Both the position numbers and the translations under genes were made by a program. Shown in pieces: positions 10,373 to 21,800 of a stretch of 64,000 nucleotides of DNA (its first letter is position 1; each line of letters begins with the position of its first letter). Origin of the DNA: Myxococcota bacterium. Lineage in GTDB: Bacteria > Myxococcota_A > UBA9160 > UBA4427. The notes beneath the pieces are model-generated. The model saw nothing but the letters and a program-made list of their open reading frames with translations, made no database searches and was not told the origin of the DNA. Where the stretch lies: assembly GCA_965250285.1 (NCBI GenBank), contig OZ252299.1, forward strand, positions 5,440,001 to 5,504,000, in the 5' to 3' direction.

Positions 10373-11608
10373 CTAGACGCCGACCACGAAGCTCACGCTG
10401 GTCGTGCCACTGCCGCCGATGTTGAGCGTCTGGCAGTTGCGCGCGCCTTCGACCTGATAGTCGCCGGCGGTGCCCGTCACCTGCTTGTGGCAGTCGAGCA
10501 GCTGGCGCACGCCGGTGGCGCCCACCGGGTGACCGGCGCCGATCAGGCCGCCGCTCGGGTTGATCGGGTACTTGCCGTCGATCTCGAGCCAGCCGGCCTC
10601 GACGGCCTTCCAGCTCTCGCCCGGCTTGGTGAGGCCGAAGTGATCGATCGCCATGTACTCGCTCGTGGTGAAGCAGTCGTGGGTCTCGATGGCGTCGACG
10701 TCATCGGGGCCCGCCATGCCGGCGCGCTCCCACGCGCTGGTGATGGTCGACCGAACGTGGGGCAGCACGTACTCGCTCTTCGCGCTCTCGGCGACCTTGT
10801 CGTCGAAGCGCAGGCGCGCCGTGTTGTGGCCCCAGCCCTTGATGCGGGGGATGTCTTCGAGCTTCATGCCCGTGCCCTTCGCCCACTTCTCGGCGTAGTC
10901 GCGCGAGGCGAGGAACACGCAGACGGCGCCGTCGGTCACCTGCGAGCAGTCGCTGATGCGCACGCGTCCGCCCACCGCCGGGTTGTCGTCGGTCTGCAGC
11001 AGCGCCTGCTCCTTGTTCATGTACCAGGTGCGCGTCTGGGCGTTCGGGTTCAGCTTGGCGTTGTCGTAGTTCAGCCGGCTGATCTCGGCGAGGTGCTCGT
11101 ACTTGAGCCCGTAGCGCTTGTCGTACTCGTCGCCGAGCCGACCGAAGAGCTTGGGGAACGGGAACTCGATGCCGTCGGCCTCTTCTTCGTACCACGCCGC
11201 GGTGCCGAGGTAGGCGCCGCCTTCCGATGCCGACACCGTCTTCATCTGCTCGATGCCGACGACGGCCTGCAGGTCGTAGCGACCGGCCTCGATCTCGGCG
11301 CCGGCCGAGAGCAGCGCGATCGAGCCCGAGGCGCAGGCGGCCTCGTGACGGCCCGTGGGCAGCCCGCTGAAGGCCGGGTCGACCTCGGTGAAGAACGCAC
11401 CGAGGTGGCCCTGCATGCAGTAGAGCTCGGCGGCGAAGTTGCCGACGTGTGCGCTCTCGACCTCTTCAGGGGCGATCTGCGTGGCCTCGAGGGCGCCGTG
11501 CACGCTCTCGCGCATCAGCGACGAGAAGTGCTTGCTCTCTTTGGTCCAGTTGCGGGCGAAGTCGGTCTGGTAGCCACCGAGCACGTAGACTTCGGATCCA
11601 GCAGCCAT
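10373..11608 (-). CDS. thiolase (acetyl-CoA acyltransferase, SCP2-type)
   Basis: EAACASGS, ETHDCF, INPSGGLIGAGHPVGATG. Confidence 0.9.
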   Translation of the reverse strand: MAAGSEVYVLGGYQTDFARNWTKESKHFSSLMRESVHGALEATQIAPEEVESAHVGNFAAELYCMQGHLGAFFTEVDPAFSGLPTGRHEAACASGSIALLSAGAEIEAGRYDLQAVVGIEQMKTVSASEGGAYLGTAAWYEEEADGIEFPFPKLFGRLGDEYDKRYGLKYEHLAEISRLNYDNAKLNPNAQTRTWYMNKEQALLQTDDNPAVGGRVRISDCSQVTDGAVCVFLASRDYAEKWAKGTGMKLEDIPRIKGWGHNTARLRFDDKVAESAKSEYVLPHVRSTITSAWERAGMAGPDDVDAIETHDCFTTSEYMAIDHFGLTKPGESWKAVEAGWLEIDGKYPINPSGGLIGAGHPVGATGVRQLLDCHKQVTGTAGDYQVEGARNCQTLNIGGSGTTSVSFVVGV

Positions 11609-11646
11609 GTGAGTTTCCTCCGGTTCTCAGTTGATGAGAGGTGCGA

Positions 11647-12990
11647 TCAGCCCGCGACGAAGAATCGTCCGGTGTTGATGGTGGGGTGGTTGAAGAAGCG
11701 CTTGGGCTCGCCCGTCTGGGCCGCCTTCGTGAGCGCCTCGGGCACGGCCAGGCCGGCGCCTTCGATCATCTGCACGACCCCGTCGGCTCCGATCGTGTCG
11801 ACCAGCACCGACGGCGGCGCCCAGTTGAAGCCCATGCCCATGATGCGGTCGATGCCGTCGATGTCGTCGGTCACCTCGCCCACGCGGTGGAACGCGTAGG
11901 CGATGTAGCCGCCGATCACCTTGCGGGCGAGCGCCGCCTCGTCTCCCTCGGCGTGGAGGAAGATCTGCATGGCCTCTTCGTAGCGACCCTGGTGGTGCAG
12001 GTCGGCCACACGATCGATGTAGCCCAGGTCGGGCATCTCGATGTCGGCTTCGGGCGTGTAGTCGCCCGTCTTCGGGTCGAGCACCAGGCGGGTCTTCCCA
12101 TCTTTCTTGAAGAAGCCGCCCTTGGTCTTGTTGCCGAGCACGCCCTTGGCGATGAGGTCGGCCATGTAGCCCGGCAGCTTGTTCGTCTCGTGGGCCTCGT
12201 CGTTCGTGTTCTCGTACACGTTGTCGACGATGGCGCGGTGGATGTCCCACCCGACGAGGTCGATCGTCGCGAGCGGCGTCAGCGCGCGCCCCGTGTACGG
12301 GCCCACGATGCGGTCGACCAGCGCGGGGCTGATCTGCTCGGCGAGCTGCGCGCACTCGTTCAGCAGCTTGAACCCGACGCGGTTGCCCGCGAACGCCGGC
12401 GTGTCGTGCGTGCGAATCATCTCGCGGCCGAGCTTCACGCGCGAGAACACGTCGATGAAGTCGACGAGCGCCGGATCGGTGTCGTTGCCGGCGATCAGCT
12501 CGGTGCCGACGATGACGTTCGGCGGGTTGAAGAAGTGCAGGCCCATGAACGACTTGCGGAAGCTGTCGCCGCGGCCCTCACAGAGCGAGTTGATCGACAG
12601 ACCCGAGGTCACGGTCGCCACGATCGAGTCGTCGCGGCGCGCCTTCTCGACGCGGTCGAACATGTCCTTCTTGATCGCGAAGTCTTCGGTGAGCGCCTCG
12701 AAGACGATGTCGGCCTCGCTGACGGCCTTCTCGAGGTCGTCTTCGTAGTTGCCGACCTTCGCGCGCGAGGCCACGGTGGGCGAGCGCACCTGACCGATGG
12801 CGCCGTCGAGGCCCTCCTGGGCCTTCTCGGTGGTGCGAGCGAGGAACGTCACCTCGGGCACGGCCGTCGTGAACAGCGCGGCGCTGCCGAAGCCCATCGT
12901 GCCGTTCGCGCCGAGCACGACGACCTTCTTGATCTCGCGACTGGCGAGGATCTTGCGCGCCTCGGCGCCAGTGGGGGATGCATTGCTCAT
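11647..12990 (-). CDS. 3-hydroxyacyl-CoA dehydrogenase family protein
   Basis: VVVLGANGTMG Rossmann motif, GLHFFNPP, DTPAFAGNR. Confidence 0.88.
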   Translation of the reverse strand: MSNASPTGAEARKILASREIKKVVVLGANGTMGFGSAALFTTAVPEVTFLARTTEKAQEGLDGAIGQVRSPTVASRAKVGNYEDDLEKAVSEADIVFEALTEDFAIKKDMFDRVEKARRDDSIVATVTSGLSINSLCEGRGDSFRKSFMGLHFFNPPNVIVGTELIAGNDTDPALVDFIDVFSRVKLGREMIRTHDTPAFAGNRVGFKLLNECAQLAEQISPALVDRIVGPYTGRALTPLATIDLVGWDIHRAIVDNVYENTNDEAHETNKLPGYMADLIAKGVLGNKTKGGFFKKDGKTRLVLDPKTGDYTPEADIEMPDLGYIDRVADLHHQGRYEEAMQIFLHAEGDEAALARKVIGGYIAYAFHRVGEVTDDIDGIDRIMGMGFNWAPPSVLVDTIGADGVVQMIEGAGLAVPEALTKAAQTGEPKRFFNHPTINTGRFFVAG

Positions 12991-13616
12991 GGGGCTCTCG
13001 TCTCTCTCTGACTGGGTCGATCCCGGCTCGATCGCCGTCGTGATCGAGGGGGCTCGACGGAAGGGGGCTCCACACAGGAGTGCCTGGGTGAGTGTGCGAA
13101 TCCGTGCCGCAGGTGTCTGGATTGTCGGGACAAGAGCAGACGTCGTAGATGCTGCCCCGAGCTTTCAGTCTCACTGTACGGATCCACGAGGGGCCGCTGC
13201 GCCGCGAGCATGGCCCCGGCGATCCGGATCCAGACCTGGACACGGTGCGTCACGGGGGGCGAGCTCGAAGCTGGACGGCAGCGGCTGGCGCCGGGATCCG
13301 ACACACCAGCCGCGCACCCCGGCACGCGAGGCCTTCGCGGGCGGGGGCCCGTCATTGTGAGGCATGTGGGGCCGAGGTCAAGGCGCGAAAGCCATTGTCT
13401 CGCCTTGCGATTTTGGCGGAGCGGTCGGGCCCGCCGCGGCGCGGATGAGCCCCGCTGGGCCGGTCGGCGCGGGTGGCGGAGCAGTCGGGAAGAGCTCGGC
13501 GAGGCGCGCTGCCCCCTGGGGCTCGTGTGGAGACGAGCCGCTCGAGCATGCGGCTGTGCCGGCTCGGATACACTTGGGTGGCGCCCGAACGCTCGTTTCA
13601 ACGAAGGAGCGCCACG

Positions 13617-14552
13617 ATGACCCGACGAGCCCCCTCGCCCCACCCAGGCAAGCCCTTCCTTCTCTTTCCTGTTTCTCTTCCTTCTTTCTCTCTGCTGTTT
13701 CTTTCTTCTCTTTCCGCTCGCCCGCCTCGGCCGCGATCGGCGCCGCGCGCCGCGCCTCGCTCGACCCGAGCCGGTCGCCGGGCGGCCGGGCCCGGGCGAT
13801 GCGCCGCGCTCGCCTCGGCCGCGCTCGTGCTGGGGGCCCCCGCGGCCGCCGCGGGTGGCATCGACCGCGCCCAGGCGAATGCGATCGTCGCGTCGCCCGA
13901 TCGCAGCGTCGAAGATCGGCGCCGCGACATCCACCGACGCCCCGACGAGTTTCTCGTGTTCGCCCAGATCGGGCCCGGCATGTCGGCGGCCGACATCGGC
14001 GCGGGCGACGGCTACACGACCGAGCTGCTCGCGCGGGCCGTGGGCCCCGACGGCACCGTGTACGGCCACAACTCGCCCTTCGTCGTCGAGCGCTTCGTGA
14101 GCGAGAGCTGGCCGGCGCGGCTCGCGAAGCCCGTGAACGCGAACGTCGTGCGCGTCGATGCCCGGGTCGAAGACCCGCTGCCCCGCAGCACGAAGGGCCT
14201 CGACGTCGTCACGATGATCTTCACCTACCACGACACCTATCTCACGCGGCTCGGCGACTTCGATCACAAGCTCTATCTTCGACGCTTCTACAAGATGATG
14301 AAGCCCGGCGGTCGGATCATCGTGATCGACCACCGCGCGAAAGAGGGCGAACGGGGCCCCGAGGTCGCCGACGAGCTGCACCGCATCGACGAGGGCCTGG
14401 TCGTCAAAGATTTCGAGGCCGCCGGCTTCGAGCTCGATGCGACGGCCGACTTCATGGCGCACGCGGAGGATCCGCGTGAGCAGCCCTTCTTCGAGATGGA
14501 TCAGCCCACCGACGCCTTCGTGCACCGGTGGGTTCGCCCCGTGTCGAAGTAG
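13617..14552 (+). CDS. exported class I SAM-dependent methyltransferase
   Basis: AAGGAG SD before ATG; DRRRDIHRRP, ADIGAGDGYTT, KPGGRIIVIDH. Confidence 0.8.
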   Translation: MTRRAPSPHPGKPFLLFPVSLPSFSLLFLSSLSARPPRPRSAPRAAPRSTRAGRRAAGPGRCAALASAALVLGAPAAAAGGIDRAQANAIVASPDRSVEDRRRDIHRRPDEFLVFAQIGPGMSAADIGAGDGYTTELLARAVGPDGTVYGHNSPFVVERFVSESWPARLAKPVNANVVRVDARVEDPLPRSTKGLDVVTMIFTYHDTYLTRLGDFDHKLYLRRFYKMMKPGGRIIVIDHRAKEGERGPEVADELHRIDEGLVVKDFEAAGFELDATADFMAHAEDPREQPFFEMDQPTDAFVHRWVRPVSK

Positions 14553-14603
14553 CATCGCGGGGCGAAGCAAGGCCGCGCCGCGGGATCGGGAGCGTTCGAA
14601 GAC

Positions 14604-15122
14604 GTGGATCTGGCAACGCTCGCGAATCTCGCCGAGGTGCTCGGCGCGACGACGATCATCGGCGGTGCGGTGTTCGCGCTGCTGCAGGTGCGCGAGTTTC
14701 GCGAGCAGCGGCGTCAGTCGGTCGCGGTCGAGCTCGCGCGCACGTTTCAGAGCCCCGAGCTGGTGCGGGCGCTCAACATGGTGCGCTCGTTGCCCGACGG
14801 CATCTCGGCGGCCGACCTGCGGGCGCGCGGCGCCGAGTACGAGGATGCGGCGCTGAGCGTCGCGCTGACGCACGAGACCATCGCGGTGCTGATCCACGAG
14901 CGGCTCGCTTCGTTCGACATGGTGCGTGAGCTCTTTGGGGGGATGGTCTGCGTGACCCACCGCAAGCTCGCGCAGTGGCTCGAGGACGTGCGCGTCGAGC
15001 AGAGCCAGCCTTCGTGGGGCGAATGGTCGCAGTGGCTCGCCGAGCAGATGGAGCGCGAGTCGTCGAGCAAAGAGGCGAACCCGGCGCACGTTCGCGAAGC
15101 GCACTGGCGGCCGCACCGATAG
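14604..15122 (+). CDS. single-TM hypothetical protein (DUF4760/DUF6082-like)
   Basis: MDLATLANLAEVLG...FALLQVR N-terminal TM, similar to a family in the array tail. Confidence 0.65.
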   Translation: MDLATLANLAEVLGATTIIGGAVFALLQVREFREQRRQSVAVELARTFQSPELVRALNMVRSLPDGISAADLRARGAEYEDAALSVALTHETIAVLIHERLASFDMVRELFGGMVCVTHRKLAQWLEDVRVEQSQPSWGEWSQWLAEQMERESSSKEANPAHVREAHWRPHR

Positions 15123-15186
15123 CGCGCGCTAAGCGGCCTCGGGCCCCGTCGCGTCGTGCCGAGCGCGGTGCGAGTAGAGGATCGAC

Positions 15187-17136
15187 ATGGCCATCACGCA
15201 ACACGGACCCGAGCGATTGATCGACCAGGGCGTCGGCCCCGACAACGTGGCGTCGGCACACCGGCTGATCCGGGTGCTGCTCGCCGAATCGCCTGCGCGC
15301 AACTGGTGCGATCTCGTCACGCTGTATCGCCACGGCCCCGAAGAGGGCGGGGCGGGCGGGGCCTACGAGGTGTGGTCGCGCCGCGGGATGGTGCGCTTTC
15401 GGCGCATCATCGACGGGGCGGGCGAGCTCGGCTTCGAGGTGCTCGAGGTCGTCGGCGAGAACCCGATCGAAGATCAGCGCGAAGACGCGCTGCGCACGCT
15501 CGAAGAAGAGAAGGCGGCCGCGCGCGCGTCGGGCTTCGACGCCGACGATGCGCGGCGTCGCTTCATCGAGACCGAGCACCAGAGCTATCCCTTCGGCTAC
15601 GAGCGCATCACCCAGCTCTTCGACTCGCCGAACGCGCCCGATCTCGCGCTGTCGTCGAAGGATTGGTGCCTCGGGCTGCAGCCCGGCCAGCACGGCGCGC
15701 TGCACGTGCGCCAGGCGCGCGCCCCGCTCTGGCTGGTGGGCCGCGGCGTGAAGCACGGCCGGCACGACCTCGCGGCCCGCGAGGTCGACATCGCGCCGAC
15801 CGTGCTCGCGGCGCTCGGCTTTCCGAAGATCGACGGTCGCGACGCGACCGGGCGCACCTCGAGCGAACGCGGCGCGGCGCCCGACGTGCTGCTCGCGCGG
15901 CAGGACGGGCGCGTGATCGACGAGGTGCTCGATGCGAGCGGCCCCGCGCCGAAGTACGCCTACGTGCTGCTGCTCGACGGCCTGCACCCGACCGCGCTCG
16001 AAGAGCTGCTCGCAACGCAGCCGGGGCGCTACCCGAACCTGCTCGGGCTGCGCGCACGGGCGGCCGTCTTCGAGTCGGGCCAGATCGTGAACTTTCCGTC
16101 GATCACGTGGCCGAGTCACACGGCGCTCGGCACCGGCAGCTGGTGCGGTCACCACGACGTCGTCAACCCGAGCTACTACCTGCGCGAGAAGCGCGAAGCC
16201 GTGTCGCCCCAGGGTCAGCAGGTGCACACCGAGGGCTTCTCGAACCGCGGCGTCGAGAGCCTCTACGAGGCGTTCGCGCGGGTGCGGGGCGAGGGCTGCG
16301 TGACCGCGGCGATTCACGCGCCCTTTGGACGCAGCGCGAGCCATGCCGTGCTCGAGGGCCGCAACCTCGGCGACAAGGCGCGCCTCAAGGCGCTCACCGC
16401 GCAGCTTCGCGCCGACGAGAGCCCACGCTGGACCGACGACGCGAACGAAGACGCAGCGAAGGAGTCGCGGCTCGACTCGCGCGGGATGGCGCAGGTGATC
16501 GACCTGTTCGAACGCGACGACGTGGCGTCGCCCGACTTCGTCTATCACGAGCTGATCATCACCGACGGCGTCGGCCACGAGTATGGTCCGCACGGCGACG
16601 CCCTCGCCGATGCGCTCGCCGAGGGTGACGTGCGCATCGGCCGGCTGCTCGATCTGCTCGAAGCCAAGGGCCGGCTCGACGACACGCTCTTCGTGCTGAC
16701 GGCCGACCACGGCATGGCGCCGCAAGACCCGTCGCTCGAGGCCAACAGCGCGCAGCAGGCCAAGGCCCACGGGTTCGCGTGCTTCGTCGACGAGTCGATG
16801 GTCTGGCTGCACGACCTGCACGTCGAGATCGAACGCGCCCCCGACGGCCGCACCGGCCGGGTGCTCGTGTTCGAGAGCGACCGCGACCCGGCCGGCGAGC
16901 GGCCGGCGCTCGAAGGCGCGCGGGTGCGGGTGACACACGAGCGCGACGGCGAGCTCGTCGATGCGCTGGCCCAGGGTACGACCGTCGCCGGCGGCGCCTA
17001 TGGCTTTGCCACCCCGGCGACGGTCGCGAGCGATGAGATCTTCGTCGAGATCGAGTGCGAGGGGTTCAACGCGCGGCGGCTGCGGCTCGACGGTGCCGAG
17101 GACGTGCTCGACCTGCGCGCGGTGCTCTTTGGTTGA
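15187..17136 (+). CDS. alkaline phosphatase / nucleotide pyrophosphatase family protein
   Basis: LLLDG, FPSITWPSH, DGVGHEYGP, TADHGM, GQHG, DIAPT. Confidence 0.8.
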   Translation: MAITQHGPERLIDQGVGPDNVASAHRLIRVLLAESPARNWCDLVTLYRHGPEEGGAGGAYEVWSRRGMVRFRRIIDGAGELGFEVLEVVGENPIEDQREDALRTLEEEKAAARASGFDADDARRRFIETEHQSYPFGYERITQLFDSPNAPDLALSSKDWCLGLQPGQHGALHVRQARAPLWLVGRGVKHGRHDLAAREVDIAPTVLAALGFPKIDGRDATGRTSSERGAAPDVLLARQDGRVIDEVLDASGPAPKYAYVLLLDGLHPTALEELLATQPGRYPNLLGLRARAAVFESGQIVNFPSITWPSHTALGTGSWCGHHDVVNPSYYLREKREAVSPQGQQVHTEGFSNRGVESLYEAFARVRGEGCVTAAIHAPFGRSASHAVLEGRNLGDKARLKALTAQLRADESPRWTDDANEDAAKESRLDSRGMAQVIDLFERDDVASPDFVYHELIITDGVGHEYGPHGDALADALAEGDVRIGRLLDLLEAKGRLDDTLFVLTADHGMAPQDPSLEANSAQQAKAHGFACFVDESMVWLHDLHVEIERAPDGRTGRVLVFESDRDPAGERPALEGARVRVTHERDGELVDALAQGTTVAGGAYGFATPATVASDEIFVEIECEGFNARRLRLDGAEDVLDLRAVLFG

Positions 17137-17328
17137 GGCCCGCCGCGCGCGGATCGACCCGCCGGCCGCCCGCTAGCTTGCCCACATGAATCTGGACATG
17201 CGGGTCGTGGGCACCCGGGCGGGGCCGCCTCGATCGCCCCGTGTGCCGGCCGCGTCTTCTCTCTACACTGCCCCCTCCGCCGGTGCGCGCCCGCAGGTGT
17301 GCCCCACTCGAGGAGCCCCGACCCCCCG

Positions 17329-18885
17329 ATGATCTCCCGCCGCTGCGCGCTCCCCCTGGCCGTGCTCGCCTGCACCTGGCTCGTGGCCTGTCGCGAGAAC
17401 ACCTACGTCGCACCGCCGCCCCCCGCGGTCACCGTGCAGCTGCCGGTGGTGCAGGACGTGATCGACTATCTCGAGTACACCGGGCGCACCCGCGCCGTCG
17501 AGTCGGTGCAGATCGAGGCGCGCGTGCAGGGCTATCTGCAGAGCATGCACTACACGCCGGGCACCGACGTGAAGAAGGGCGACCTGCTCTTCGTCATCGA
17601 CCCCGAACCGTTCGAGGTCGACGTCGCTGCGAAGCAGGCCGAGCTCTCGAGCCGGCGCGCTGAGGCGGCGCTCGCCAAGACGAGCTTCGAGCGCTCGCGC
17701 CAGCTCTATAGACAGAAGGCGACGAGCGAGATCGAGTATCTGCGCTTCAAGGCCGAGCGCGACAAGGCCGACGCCGCCGTCGCCGCCGCCGAGTCGGCGC
17801 TGTCGGACGCACAGCTGAACCTCGACTACGCCTATGTGAAGTCGCCCATCGACGGTCGCGCGGGGCGGCATCGCGTCGACCTCGGCAACCTCGTCGGGGC
17901 CGGCGAGACGACGCTGCTGACCGACGTCGTCGACTACTCGCCGCTCTTCGTCTACTTCCAGATCAGCGAGATCGACGTGCTGCGCGTGCAGCGCCGGATT
18001 CAGGCCGAGAACGCGCGGCGCGAGGCCGAAGGCGGCCAGATGCGCACGAACGGCGCGGCGGGAGCGGGCAGCACCGACGCGACCGCAGCCGAGCTGGCTC
18101 GTTCGGACGCGCCGATGACCGATGGCATGGAGCCCGAGGGCAAGGCGCCGCCCTCGCGGCCCGTCGACGCCGAGCCGCCCGACGACGAGTCACTCGAACC
18201 CTCGGAGCACGGCTACGAGGCAAGCGGCGGCACGCGCTACGGCCGCTCGCCGAGCCCGGGCGTGCCGCCGGTCGAGGTCGGCCTCGCCGACGAAGAGGGC
18301 TACCCGCACAAGGGGTTTCTCGACTTCGCCGACTCGCAGATCGACTCGGCGACGGGCACCCTCGAGCTGCGGGGCGTGCTCGAGAACGAGGGCGAGTTCG
18401 AAGACATCATCATGCCCGGCTCGTTCACGCGGGTGCGCATCCCGGTGGGTCGATTCGAAGACGCCATGCTCGTGCCCGACCGGGCGCTCGGCACCGATCA
18501 GGGCGGGCGCTTCGTGTTCGTCGTCGGCGACGGCGATCTCGTCGAGCAGCGCTACGTCGAGGTGGGCGGCACGTACGAAGACATGCGGCGCATCGTCTCG
18601 GGCCTGGCGCCGACCGAGCGGGTGGTCGTGAACGGCATTCAGCGCGCGCGCCCGGGCGCCGCGGTCGCGCCCGAGCTCGTCGAGGGCCGGCGCCTGCCCG
18701 AGCCGCCGCCGACCGTCTTGCCCGAGGACGCGCGCGAGCCCGAGCCCATGCCACCGGCCGAGGTCGAGCCGGGGCCGCCGCCGAGCGACGCCGACACTCC
18801 GACGCCGGCGGGCGAAACGAGCCCGAGCGACGCCGCGCCGTCGGCGTCCGACGCCGCGCCCGCAACGACCGCGAGCGGAGCGTAG
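17329..18885 (+). CDS. RND efflux periplasmic adaptor (MFP) lipoprotein
   Basis: Lipobox LVAC; ARVQGYL, VKKGDLLFVIDP, SPIDGRAG, VVVNGIQRARPG. Confidence 0.9.
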   Translation: MISRRCALPLAVLACTWLVACRENTYVAPPPPAVTVQLPVVQDVIDYLEYTGRTRAVESVQIEARVQGYLQSMHYTPGTDVKKGDLLFVIDPEPFEVDVAAKQAELSSRRAEAALAKTSFERSRQLYRQKATSEIEYLRFKAERDKADAAVAAAESALSDAQLNLDYAYVKSPIDGRAGRHRVDLGNLVGAGETTLLTDVVDYSPLFVYFQISEIDVLRVQRRIQAENARREAEGGQMRTNGAAGAGSTDATAAELARSDAPMTDGMEPEGKAPPSRPVDAEPPDDESLEPSEHGYEASGGTRYGRSPSPGVPPVEVGLADEEGYPHKGFLDFADSQIDSATGTLELRGVLENEGEFEDIIMPGSFTRVRIPVGRFEDAMLVPDRALGTDQGGRFVFVVGDGDLVEQRYVEVGGTYEDMRRIVSGLAPTERVVVNGIQRARPGAAVAPELVEGRRLPEPPPTVLPEDAREPEPMPPAEVEPGPPPSDADTPTPAGETSPSDAAPSASDAAPATTASGA

Positions 18886-18891
18886 CCGGGC

Positions 18892-21800
18892 GTGTTCTCT
18901 CGGTTCTTCATCGAGCGACCGATCTTCGCGACGGTGCTGGCCATCGTCATCGTGCTCGCGGGTCTGATCGCGCTGCCGACGCTGCCGATCGCGCAGTACC
19001 CCGAGATCACGCCGCCGACGGTGGCCGTGTCGACGGTGTACCCGGGCGCCAACGCCCAGGTCGTCGCCGAGACGGTGGCCGCGCCGATCGAGCAGGAGGT
19101 GAACGGCGTCGAGAACATGATCTACATGTCCTCGACGAGCGCGAACGATGGCTCGTACAACCTGACCGTCACGTTCGAGGTCGGCACCGATCTCGACATG
19201 GCGCAGGTGCTCGTGCAGAACCGCGTCGCCATCGCGCAGCCGAAGCTGCCCGAAGAGGTGAAGCGCCAGGGCGTCAGCACGAACAAGAAGTCGACGAGCA
19301 TCGTGCTGCTCATCTCGCTCACGGCGCCGCCCGACAGTGCCTACGACTCGCTCTACCTGTCGAACTTCGCGACGCTTCGGCTCGTCGATACGCTGAAGCG
19401 CATCAAGGGCGTCGGGGACGTGTCGATCTTCGGCGGCGCCGATTACAGCATGCGCATCTGGATCGACCCGAACCGGCTGCGCGCCCGCGATCTGACGACC
19501 GACGACGTCGTCAACGCGATCCGCGAGCAGAACGTGCAGGTCGCTGCGGGGCAGCTCGGTCAGCCGCCGGCGCCGACGGGCACGCCGTTTCAGTACACGA
19601 TCAACAGCCTCGGGCGGCTCGAGAGCGTCGAGCAGTTCGAAGACATCATCATCAAGACCGGCGACGAAGGGCAGATTCTAAGGCTCAAGGACGTCGCCCG
19701 GGTCGAGCTCGGCGGCGAGACGTATACGCAGTACGCGACGCTGAACGGGCAGCCGACGGCCGCCGTCGCCATCTATCAGCTGCCCGGTGCGAACGCCCTC
19801 GATCTCGCGAAGCGCATCCGCGAGACGATGGGCGAGCTCGAGACGTCGTTCCCCGCCGGCATCGAGTGGCGGATCCCCTTCGATACCACCCGTGCCGTCG
19901 AGGCCTCGATCGCCGAGGTCTACGAGACGCTCTTCATCGCCATTCTGCTCGTGTTCATCACGATCTACGTCTTCTTGCAGGATTGGCGGGCGACGCTCAT
20001 TCCGGCCATCACGATCCCCGTGTCGCTCGTCGGCACGTTCGCGCTGATGGCCGCGCTCGGCTTCTCGATCAACATGCTGACCCTCTTCGGGTTGGTGCTG
20101 GCGATCGGCATCGTCGTCGACGACGCGATCGTGGTGGTCGAGAACGTGACGCGCCTGATGGACGAGCAGGGTCTGTCTTCGAAGCAGGCTGCCATTCAGG
20201 CGATGGAAGAGGTCGGCGGCCCCGTCGTCGCCACCACCCTGGTGCTGCTCGCCGTGTTCGTGCCCGCCGCGTTCAGCGGTGGGATCACCGGCGCGCTCAA
20301 TCAGCAGTTCGCGCTCACGATCGCCGCCGCCACCGTCATCAGCTCGATCAACGCGCTGACCCTCAGCCCCGCGATGTCGGCGATCTTGCTGCGGCCGATG
20401 AAGCTCACTGACAAGGGCGCATTCGGCGTGTTCAACCGGCAATTCGATCGCGCGACGACGAGCTACGTGACGGTCGTCGGCCTGGCCGTGCGGCGCACCG
20501 GCATCGCGATGGTGCTCTTCGCGCTGATCACGCTCGCGTCGGCCTGGGGCTTCACGCGGTTGCCGACCGGCTTCTTGCCCACCGAAGACCAGGGCTACTT
20601 CTTTGCGCAGGCCCAGCTGCCCGACGCCGCCTCGCTCGAGCGCACCGGCGAAGTCGCGAAGATGATGGACGAGATCTATCAGTCGACGCCCGGCGTGCGC
20701 GACGCCGTGACCATCGTCGGCTACTCGATCATCGACGGCGCGAACCTCTCGAACGTCGCGATGTCGTTCATCGTGATGGACCCGTGGGACGAACGCACCG
20801 AGCCCCAGCTCAGCCAGGAGGCGATCGTCGGCCGCGTGCAGATGGGCCTTCTGGGCATTCAAGAGGCGATCGGCTTCACGTTCGTGCCGCCGGCCATCAA
20901 CGGCCTCGGCGTATCGGGCGGCTTTCAGATGCAGCTGCAGGATCGCATGGGCGTTGGCTTCGACACGCTGCAGGCCATGGCCGACGAGCTCGTCGTCGAC
21001 GGCGACGCCCAGGCCGGGCTGCAGCGCCTGAACACGACTTTTCGCTCGCGCGTGCCCCAGATGTTCGCCGACGTCGACCGCACGAAGGTGAAAGCGCTCG
21101 GTGTGCCGCTGAGCGACGTGTTCGGCACGCTGCAGGCGGCGCTCGGCTCGGCTTACGTGAACGACTTCAACCGTTTTGGGCGCACCTACAAGGTGACGTT
21201 GCAGAGCGACGCTCCGCATCGCCAGACCGCGGCCGACGTGGCGCGGCTGCAGGTGCGCAAGCCCGACGGCACGATGGTGCCGATCGGCACCGTGATCGAG
21301 ATGGACGAGACGTTCGGCCCGCAGATCATCACGCGATACAACCTCTACCCGTCGGCGACCATCAACGGCGCCGCCGCGCCCGGCTTCAGCTCGGGCCAGG
21401 CCCTCAACCTCATGGAGGACATGGCCGACCGCAAGCTGCCCAACACCATGGGCTACGAGTGGACGGGCATGTCGTATCAAGAGAAGCAGATCGGCGGCGA
21501 AGCCGTCGCGCTGTTCGCCCTGGCCGCGCTGCTCGTCTTTCTCGTGCTCGCCGCCCAATACGAGAGCTGGACAGCGCCCGCCGCCGTCGTGTTCGCCGTA
21601 CCGCTCGGCCTGCTCGGCGCCGTGGTGGCGGTGGCGCTGCGCGGGCTCGAGAACGACGTCTACATGCAGATCGGCCTGGTGCTGCTCGTGGCGCTCGCGA
21701 GCAAGAACGCGATCTTGATCGTCGAGTTCGCCCGCGAGCTGCGCGCGGGCGGCAAGCCCGTGCTCGAGGCGGCCGTCGAGGCGTGTCGACTGCGGTTCAG

